From a virus: a stretch of 64,000 bases of DNA. A program made the position numbers and the translations under genes. Below the pieces are notes generated by a model. The model had not been told where the DNA came from. It saw only the letters and a program-made list of their open reading frames with translations, and did no database searches. Location: IMG/VR virus record IMGVR_UViG_3300047095_000535, positions 19,708 to 83,707 of that record. One strand, given 5' to 3'. Numbering within the stretch: position 1 is the first letter of the stretch; each line of letters starts with the position of its first letter. Positions 57,522-64,000 of the stretch are shown here, in pieces.

Positions 57522-59417
57522 ATGAAACTGCAACTTAAATCTTCGCCCAATATTACTTCCGGTGATATGGAGTACTCCAAGATGGAGCTAGACCCGGACA
57601 GCATGGACATGTTCACGTTGTTCCTACGGAATCAGGTTTATACTGACAAGGTTCTGGCTTGTGTTCGTGAGTATATCAGTAATGCCATGGATGAGCATAT
57701 CAAGTTTGATATTGATCGTCCAGTTGAAGTATCCTTGGTACAGGAAGATGGAGCATATATCTGGCGGTGTCGGGATTATGCTAATGGTCTGGATGATGAT
57801 GGTATCCGTAAGATCTTCGGGATGTATGGAAAGAGTACCAAACGGGATGACAACCGTCAGCATGGCGTGTATGGTATCGGTTCCAAAAGCTTTTTCTCCT
57901 TCACTGATACTTTCTATGTGACTTCCCATCACCAAGGTACGAAGACCAGTTACATCTGTATTCTTGGAGCGGGGGATAAGGGCGTTCCGGTTGGTGAGAT
58001 CTATAGAATCTCCCAAGAACCTACCACTGAAACTGGTATTGAAATCAAAGCGGATGTTTCCAGTGATTCTTGTAACTTTAACAGGGTAACTAAGAACTTC
58101 GTCCAGAGATTCACCAAGGCAAACTTACGCTATGAGGATGCCGCGAACGAGGTATGGTATCCCGAGACTCCCATTCGTACGAAGGAAGTGAATGGATATA
58201 CTTTTTCTCTATATCCAAAAAGTGGTCTTGGTCTGTTTTCCGACCCATACGTTGCAATACGCATGGGCGGGGTGATGTACGAATCAAGGGCGATTCCTTT
58301 GCGTCAAAGCCCGCTTGGTAAGGTTGTGGTGGATGTTCCCATTGGCAAGCTTACCGTTCCAATGTCCCGCGAAGGGATTGAACAAACTCCTACCAATTTA
58401 AAGGTGTATGAGGAAATCAAGAAAGCCTTGGCTATTCTGGAAGATGACGACATGAAGGCGGTGAGTGCCAACATTCCTAAGTTTGGAGAACATATGCTCT
58501 CCAGTTGGGGGATGATAGATAACAGGTATAATGGGGAGTGGGGGCAATATAATATACGTCAACTGTTTCCTGATACGGTTTATCTAAAAAACCTAATGAG
58601 TTGTTCTACTTATGCGACGACAGTCCCCAAACAACCTAATGGGAAGTGGGTTGTCTATGTGATTCCCAAGGTTAAGAACAACAAGAGTTGGTTGGCCCGT
58701 CTTAAAATCTGTTTGGATTCCATGCCCAACGGTCCTGCACCGTATTACTACGTGAATAATTCCGAGGCGTTTCCTTCGCTGCGTAATGGTACTAGTACCT
58801 TGGACGTGTCTGATTGTATGTTCGTGGATATCAAAGGTCTTGGTCTCCCCAAACTACCTACAAAAGGTCCACAGATGGCATACCAATGTATTTTCCGTAG
58901 TTGTAAGAAGGGTCCATGGACTCCTGACCAACTGGAAGATTATGTCACCAGTAAGGAATGTAATGGGGTGGAGATTGAGGATGAATGGTGGAAAGATGCC
59001 AAGACTATCGAAGAGTTGAATGCCCGCACCATTGCGATGCGGGAGGCGTACCCTTCCCATTGTTCGTTCTGGATCGTCAACAGTAAAAAGATGTACGATG
59101 CCATGTTGGAGATTGGATGGATCGCCCGGGATGGCGTGGAATATAGAACCCGTTACACGGAAATCCAAGAAGAACGTCAGCGTCAACGGGATCGCGAACA
59201 GGCGCAGGAAAAGCTTACCTCTGGATATTTCCGCACCACGTTTTCTCCATATCTTGTGAAGGCAATCGGAAACAAACCGGACAGGCTTCATAAGCTGGCG
59301 GCAGCGAAGGAAAAGATTACCGAAGAGAACTCTTTCCGTGGACGGATTCTTTCCAACTTTGGTTGGTCTACCGTTCCTCGCGAGGATATACGGGTTATTT
59401 TGAAGATGAAGGATTGA
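57522..59417 (+). CDS. rIIA: rIIA-like protein (GHKL ATPase N-terminus)
   Basis: 'YTDKVLACVREYISNAMDEH', 'RDYANGL', 'YGKSTK', 'GVYGIGSKS', 'PMSREGI'. Confidence 0.8.
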   Translation: MKLQLKSSPNITSGDMEYSKMELDPDSMDMFTLFLRNQVYTDKVLACVREYISNAMDEHIKFDIDRPVEVSLVQEDGAYIWRCRDYANGLDDDGIRKIFGMYGKSTKRDDNRQHGVYGIGSKSFFSFTDTFYVTSHHQGTKTSYICILGAGDKGVPVGEIYRISQEPTTETGIEIKADVSSDSCNFNRVTKNFVQRFTKANLRYEDAANEVWYPETPIRTKEVNGYTFSLYPKSGLGLFSDPYVAIRMGGVMYESRAIPLRQSPLGKVVVDVPIGKLTVPMSREGIEQTPTNLKVYEEIKKALAILEDDDMKAVSANIPKFGEHMLSSWGMIDNRYNGEWGQYNIRQLFPDTVYLKNLMSCSTYATTVPKQPNGKWVVYVIPKVKNNKSWLARLKICLDSMPNGPAPYYYVNNSEAFPSLRNGTSTLDVSDCMFVDIKGLGLPKLPTKGPQMAYQCIFRSCKKGPWTPDQLEDYVTSKECNGVEIEDEWWKDAKTIEELNARTIAMREAYPSHCSFWIVNSKKMYDAMLEIGWIARDGVEYRTRYTEIQEERQRQRDREQAQEKLTSGYFRTTFSPYLVKAIGNKPDRLHKLAAAKEKITEENSFRGRILSNFGWSTVPREDIRVILKMKD

Positions 59418-59441
59418 TAAACACTAGGATACACTACACAT

Positions 59442-59942
59442 ATGAAAAACAGTTTTGATTGGGGTGATGACATTATCGACTCCCGCGATATTATAAGCAG
59501 ACATGAGGAACTTACCGATGAACTGGACGGTCTGAAGGAGGCTATTACAGACGTCAAGAAGGATTTAGAAGCGGCGAAGGTGGAAGATGATGAAGATTTG
59601 GTGGAAGAGTTGGAGGATGATCTGGAATCCGCTGAGACTGATCTATCAACCTTTCTGGATGATTATTTTACTGAAACTGAAATGAAGATCCTTGCTGAAG
59701 TGATCGAAGAAGGTGAATCTTCGCCGGATTGGTCTCATGGAGAAGGGTTGATTCATGAAAGGTATTTCACGGAGTACACTGAACAGTTGGTGGATGATTG
59801 CTGGGAAATGCCGAAAGAGTTTAAGTCCGGTGATTGGCCGTGGAATCATATGACTATGGATTGGGAGGCGGCGGCTGAACAATTAAAGGATGATTACCGT
59901 GAGTTCACAGTGGCGGGCGAAACCTATTATATTAGAGCGTAA
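59442..59942 (+). CDS. Highly acidic hypothetical protein
   Basis: Very D/E-rich; ends 'DWEAAAEQLKDDY..GETYYIR'. Confidence 0.65.
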   Translation: MKNSFDWGDDIIDSRDIISRHEELTDELDGLKEAITDVKKDLEAAKVEDDEDLVEELEDDLESAETDLSTFLDDYFTETEMKILAEVIEEGESSPDWSHGEGLIHERYFTEYTEQLVDDCWEMPKEFKSGDWPWNHMTMDWEAAAEQLKDDYREFTVAGETYYIRA

Positions 59943-59944
59943 CC

Positions 59945-60202
59945 ATGAAAGATGTTTTGGGTCTTATACAACTATACGAAACAAAACTTCGCGAAAACAA
60001 GTTGGCATGGCAGGAATACCGAGCGCACTATGCGAAATACCGGAGGCATATGTCTAAAAACGCGTTAAGGCATTGTAATGTAGACAAACACATACCAGAC
60101 CCCCCGCACTCCTACGAGTATCTTGAAACGAATGAAAAAAACCTTAGAGTTAGACTAAATCAATACAAACAACAATCATGGACTTCAAAGAACTTACAGT
60201 AG
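59945..60202 (+). CDS. Hypothetical protein
   Basis: 85-aa ORF. Confidence 0.5.
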   Translation: MKDVLGLIQLYETKLRENKLAWQEYRAHYAKYRRHMSKNALRHCNVDKHIPDPPHSYEYLETNEKNLRVRLNQYKQQSWTSKNLQ

Positions 60203-60483
60203 AAGATATCAAGCGGGACTACTCCGCTAGACACGGGTTTATATTCACCCATCCACAACCTTCCGATAGGAAGAACTGTGAGTTGGTGGAGAAGACTTTA
60301 ATACAAGCGGAGTTTACCACTTCCGACGTGGACTTTGTAGTGGTTCTAAACCCCAACACGTTTGTCTTTGTATATCCTGAAGGAATTTCTTTCGACATGC
60401 CAAGGTTTATGGCCATGGCTACTGGTTTTAGTAGGATGTTCGGTTGGCAGGTAGAAACCCTTATCAACTTTTCGAAACGATAA
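60178..60483 (+). CDS. Hypothetical protein
   Basis: 101-aa ORF. Confidence 0.55.
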   Translation: MDFKELTVEDIKRDYSARHGFIFTHPQPSDRKNCELVEKTLIQAEFTTSDVDFVVVLNPNTFVFVYPEGISFDMPRFMAMATGFSRMFGWQVETLINFSKR

Positions 60484-60521
60484 ACACTAGGATATAATAA
60501 CTTTATACTTCTGATAAACTT

Positions 60522-60935
60522 ATGAGTATACCACAAACAATTAAACTTTACAATCTTATTTCAATGTCCCAAGAACACGTTGATGCGTGGGTGCGCTCAT
60601 ATGAAGAGAATAGGTTATATACATTGATGAGTGAGCCGGAACGAGAGGTTGCTAAAAAGAATCGCAAGGATCGTGGGTACGACCCATTTTTGGATTGTGG
60701 TAGGTCTTTCCGTGGTACCTTTCTAACCAAGGAAGCCGCGTTTGAGGTAGCCGAACAGTGGGCGGAAGGATTGCATGAAGGTTATTACAACCATCTATTG
60801 ATTGAGTCTTGTAACGCCAATGAGGTTGATTGTTCAGATCGGGAGGAGTATTGGTTCAAGTTGAATGATGACTGGAACGAGTACAGTCCCATTGAACGTC
60901 CGGAATGTTTTATTGGAACTTGTTGTCATTTATGA
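60522..60935 (+). CDS. Hypothetical protein
   Basis: 137-aa ORF after promoter motif 60481. Confidence 0.6.
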   Translation: MSIPQTIKLYNLISMSQEHVDAWVRSYEENRLYTLMSEPEREVAKKNRKDRGYDPFLDCGRSFRGTFLTKEAAFEVAEQWAEGLHEGYYNHLLIESCNANEVDCSDREEYWFKLNDDWNEYSPIERPECFIGTCCHL

Positions 60936-61195
60936 TACCCCCAACTTTTAAACGGAGGACACGTCCCCCTGATCCTATGTCCAAACCTCCCATACAAGGT
61001 AGATATAGTACCTGTGACCTTGAAAAGTTTATATTAGTTGTTTGGTATTGTGGTAAGAATAATATTCCATTGATTCGTAATTGGGATGATCAATATTGTC
61101 ATAACTTTGGTGGTGGGCCGATAATATCATATGACCTATCAATGAGGTTCAAATCACAAAAACAATTTCAATGCTTTCAAAAAAGATTTGGTTAA
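60932..61195 (+). CDS. Hypothetical protein
   Basis: Likely start 'MIPPTF' by ATGA overlap. Confidence 0.45.
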   Translation: MIPPTFKRRTRPPDPMSKPPIQGRYSTCDLEKFILVVWYCGKNNIPLIRNWDDQYCHNFGGGPIISYDLSMRFKSQKQFQCFQKRFG

Positions 61196-61216
61196 ACATT
61201 ACACAATAATAACGAC

Positions 61217-61816
61217 ATGACAACGAGATACAAAGAAGGCGACATTCTAAAATGCGTGAACGACGTTGATACCAATGGGTATTTAACTTACGGTGGTACA
61301 TATACATTTATCAAATATGCTTCATATCCAGATGATCATGTAATGGTGGAGTATAATGGTAAACCGTCTTCGGCTGCGTGGAGAGCTGATAGGTTCGAAC
61401 CAGTAGTTGTGGCTAGTACTTTTCCAGAGAAAGAGAAGACTCTTAGTATGGAGGAACAGTTTAAACTCGCAAAGAGTTTGGTGGGAAGACGTGTCTACTA
61501 TTCTAGTAATACGGTGGATATTTGGTTTACTGCCGCGCAAGCTCTCATATATACTGAAGACTTTCAAGTGGGTAGGTCTTCCAAACTGGTCAGGGAAGAG
61601 TTTGATAAAACCGGATGGGTTGTTGTATTGGTTGGTGATAACAATGAAGTCCCTGTCGGTCAGGTTAAGGAGAGTACCTCAATTGTGGTTAAGCTGAATG
61701 ATAAGTATGAAGCTGTAATTGACGAGCGTACTGTGGTCGTCGGATGCCAAACTTTTCCTCATAGTGTTATCGCGGAGATTCAAGCCGCGATTGATACGGT
61801 GACACAGAAAAGTTAA
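61217..61816 (+). CDS. Hypothetical protein with shared C-terminal module
   Basis: C-terminal 'VKLNDKYEAVI..VVVGCQTFP'; ATG 24 nt after the variant motif. Confidence 0.65.
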   Translation: MTTRYKEGDILKCVNDVDTNGYLTYGGTYTFIKYASYPDDHVMVEYNGKPSSAAWRADRFEPVVVASTFPEKEKTLSMEEQFKLAKSLVGRRVYYSSNTVDIWFTAAQALIYTEDFQVGRSSKLVREEFDKTGWVVVLVGDNNEVPVGQVKESTSIVVKLNDKYEAVIDERTVVVGCQTFPHSVIAEIQAAIDTVTQKS

Positions 61817-61837
61817 ACACTAGCCTAGGATACATAC

Positions 61838-61948
61838 ATGACAATGATGTTTTTAGCTGCTGCTGAAATGAGTCCAGCGGGAGAAGTAGCAATGGCGTTC
61901 ATGATTGGGTGGATCGTGACAACCCTTATTAAAGCGGTTTTAACATAA
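61838..61948 (+). CDS. 36-aa hydrophobic peptide (not in ORF track)
   Basis: ATG exactly 24 nt after motif 61814; MTMMFLAAAEMSPAGEVAMAFMIGWIVTTLIKAVLT. Confidence 0.55.
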   Translation: MTMMFLAAAEMSPAGEVAMAFMIGWIVTTLIKAVLT

Positions 61949-61955
61949 TAATAAC

Positions 61956-62384
61956 ATGCCATTTCATAAAAACTACAAGAACGCCGCTGGCGAGGAAATC
62001 GACTTCGAATTGCGGGTCTATACCAGACCTAATCTTCGTTCCGATGATATGATGGTCTATATGGGGAAATCTTATGTGGACAACGCTTTTGACGGGGAAA
62101 AGGTTGATAAAGATACTACAGATATATACATCCAATACCCGGAACGGTGGACTAACCTTTTAGAACAACGGGTATTGGTTTATCGTCTTATGAGGTTTTA
62201 TCCAAATCTTAAGAAGATGACGATTACCACTCATTCTGTTTACACTATTCAATGTGTTCATCATGAGGTTATTCGCATCTATGATGATGCTTTACAATAT
62301 CCCGAGGAAAATACGGAAACTTCCACCTGTCGGTATTGCCCGCCACTGGTTGTAAACACAGGGTTGCAAATCTTTGGACTATGA
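61956..62384 (+). CDS. Hypothetical protein
   Basis: 142-aa ORF; 'YPE..ITTHS' is weakly reminiscent of an ATPase C-terminal fragment. Confidence 0.55.
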   Translation: MPFHKNYKNAAGEEIDFELRVYTRPNLRSDDMMVYMGKSYVDNAFDGEKVDKDTTDIYIQYPERWTNLLEQRVLVYRLMRFYPNLKKMTITTHSVYTIQCVHHEVIRIYDDALQYPEENTETSTCRYCPPLVVNTGLQIFGL

Positions 62385-62566
62385 ATGCTATACTCAACTA
62401 CTTTAAATGGATATTCCGGATTGGGTGGACCCAAGTAAGATATTGGGATAAGACTATTCGGAGAAATGATGGATCGATTGCGGGAGTGGTAGTTCATCGT
62501 ACTTATATAAACAACATAACCGGGGAAGAAAAAACCTCGATTAGTTACACCCAATTCTATTGTTAA
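62381..62566 (+). CDS. Hypothetical protein
   Basis: Likely start 'MNAILN' by ATGA overlap. Confidence 0.45.
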   Translation: MNAILNYFKWIFRIGWTQVRYWDKTIRRNDGSIAGVVVHRTYINNITGEEKTSISYTQFYC

Positions 62567-62587
62567 ACACTAGGCTACAATACGGGC

Positions 62588-63283
62588 ATGTCCTTGCTAA
62601 CCACCAATACCAAACTTAAGAAGTCTCTAAAGGATGGGTATAAGTCTTTTGGTATCCATCTTGCACCGTATAAGTTATCGGGTAGAAACGTTTGTACCTC
62701 CGCGAGTAAGGGATGTGCGGCGGCTTGTCTATTCAATGCGGGGCACGGTGCATATGATAAGGTCAAGACCGCCCGTATCAACAAGACCATAAGATTTTGG
62801 GAAAACAAACAATTGTTCCTACAAACATTGATAAGCGAAGTGGAGACACAAGTGAGACGTTGTAGCAAGAATGGGTATATCCCAACGTTTCGACTGAACC
62901 TTACTTCCGATCTACCATGGGAAACCATGAGAATCGGAAAGAAGAACATCATGGAAATGTTTCCCAACGTACAGTTCTATGACTACTGTAAGAACATGAA
63001 GAGGATGTTGAGGTTTATAACCGGGAAGTTTCCCAAGAATTATCATCTTACATTCTCCCGTTCCGAGAAGAATCAATCGGATTGTGATATCGTGGCAGGA
63101 TGCGGGGGGAATGTGGCGGCAGTCTTCCTCGATAAGCTTCCCGAAACTTATATGAACCGTCCCGTTATCAATGGGGATATAAATGATCTGCGATTTTTGG
63201 ATAATAAGAATGTTGTTGTCGGTCTTATTGCCAAGGGAAAAAAAGCTAGACAAGACGACACAGGATTTGTAATTAAACACTAG
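62588..63283 (+). CDS. GP88-family (radical-SAM-like) protein
   Basis: 'NVCTSASKGCAAACLFNAG', 'FRLNLTSDL', 'QFYDYCK', 'NYHLTFS', 'NGDINDLRFLD'. Confidence 0.75.
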   Translation: MSLLTTNTKLKKSLKDGYKSFGIHLAPYKLSGRNVCTSASKGCAAACLFNAGHGAYDKVKTARINKTIRFWENKQLFLQTLISEVETQVRRCSKNGYIPTFRLNLTSDLPWETMRIGKKNIMEMFPNVQFYDYCKNMKRMLRFITGKFPKNYHLTFSRSEKNQSDCDIVAGCGGNVAAVFLDKLPETYMNRPVINGDINDLRFLDNKNVVVGLIAKGKKARQDDTGFVIKH

Positions 63284-63297
63284 AATACAATAAGCAC

Positions 63298-63825
63298 ATG
63301 GAAACCACTAAACACAATCCGCTTCCTGCGGAGTTCATTCGTCAAAAGATTCTCGATGCCAAGGGCAATTTTGTCAAGGCATATTGGAAATCAAACCCAT
63401 CCCCCGCCTCCTTCTATAAGAAGACCGGAGTGGTACTTGAAAAGGTTACTGCGGGCGTTGTTCGCGCTGGTATCAATTACGCCAATCTTTCAGCGGTGAA
63501 GGATGCCATTGAAGCGGGTGAACGTGGTGAAGTAGAACCTTTGCCGTGGGGCGAATGGAAGACCGCTTCCGATGGTACTTCCCTCTTTCCTTATATCATC
63601 ACCCATAAGGGCAATGATTATATCCGTCTTTACCCTAGTGAGGGTACCAACCATATCCCGCGTTCGACTTATTACGTCAATGGTAACGTGGTGGATAAGG
63701 AAACGTTCGCAACGTATCTTACGCCTAGTGACGCCAAGAAGTTGTTGGACCCTGAGACCACTCCTTTGTGCTTCACAATCAAAGCCGAGAATGTTCTTGG
63801 TGAACCGGAACTCTTTGAGGAATAA
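63298..63825 (+). CDS. Hypothetical phage protein
   Basis: 'LPWGEW..FPYIITHKGNDYIRL'; ATG 24 nt after promoter motif. Confidence 0.65.
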   Translation: METTKHNPLPAEFIRQKILDAKGNFVKAYWKSNPSPASFYKKTGVVLEKVTAGVVRAGINYANLSAVKDAIEAGERGEVEPLPWGEWKTASDGTSLFPYIITHKGNDYIRLYPSEGTNHIPRSTYYVNGNVVDKETFATYLTPSDAKKLLDPETTPLCFTIKAENVLGEPELFEE

Positions 63826-63853
63826 TACAATCTAACCAATAAAAAACAAACAT

Positions 63854-64000
63854 ATGAGTAATAATACAAATAGCGGGGGATCGTCCATAGGACAAATCGT
63901 TCTACTTTTAATTTCGTTGTTTACGGGTATTCTAGGGTACCATATCAACGTGGTTGCGAATAGTGAATGGCCTAAGTTTTGGGCGGTCATGGACTTCTTC
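63854..64000 (+). CDS. Membrane protein, 3'-truncated by window edge
   Basis: Open frame MSNNTNSGGSSIGQIVLLLISLFTGILGYH.. runs to the end of the window. Confidence 0.5.
   Translation, partial: MSNNTNSGGSSIGQIVLLLISLFTGILGYHINVVANSEWPKFWAVMDFF

Noticed and set aside
20691-63283. Integron attC-like cassette sites
   Set aside because: The motif is 9 bp, non-palindromic and at fixed spacing to a -10 hexamer; no integrase seen. A promoter fits better.
1155-63869. Numerous short overlapping or antisense ORFs in the six-frame track (e.g. 2493-2762, 9346-9903, 25459-26019, 41877-42389)
   Set aside because: They are shadows of longer, motif-bearing genes, lack promoter motifs and show antisense-typical composition.
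1-64000. Stop-codon reassignment (TAG/TGA recoding)
   Set aside because: Conserved genes (terL, sheath, NAMPT-like, ligases) are intact in the standard code, and all three stops end genes.

Overview
This window is a 64-kb segment of a large T4-like (myovirus) dsDNA phage genome. Bases 1-19 kb hold the virion and packaging module: gp14-like neck, terminase large subunit, gp3-like tail terminator, sheath, tube-like proteins, baseplate hub/wedge, a tape-measure-like protein and a displaced, antisense terminase small subunit. These genes are preceded by TAAATA late promoters. Bases 19-64 kb are almost all + strand accessory genes, rich in RNA-repair, nucleotide and NAD functions: three RNA ligases, a PNK-like kinase, a cREC domain, a 2H phosphoesterase, metallophosphoesterases, a macro domain, SLOG, a PRS-like/NADAR/NAMPT-like set, rIIA and rIIB. 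Two antisense LAGLIDADG homing endonucleases also lie here. About 30 copies of a TAAACACTA-N3-(-10) promoter sit 23-24 nt upstream of most of their start codons, which implies pervasive leaderless mRNAs. The best candidate for an undescribed system is 52.2-56.3 kb. It runs: DIP1984-like gene, a ~200-nt structured RNA, a separately promoted array of three covarying structured RNA repeats plus a T-loop minihelix, a TROVE-like/TerD-domain protein, then an RNA ligase. A 69-nt tRNA-like element with only one arm besides the T arm, ending in CCA, lies at 27729-27797. All family assignments come from motif recognition by eye; no searches were run.
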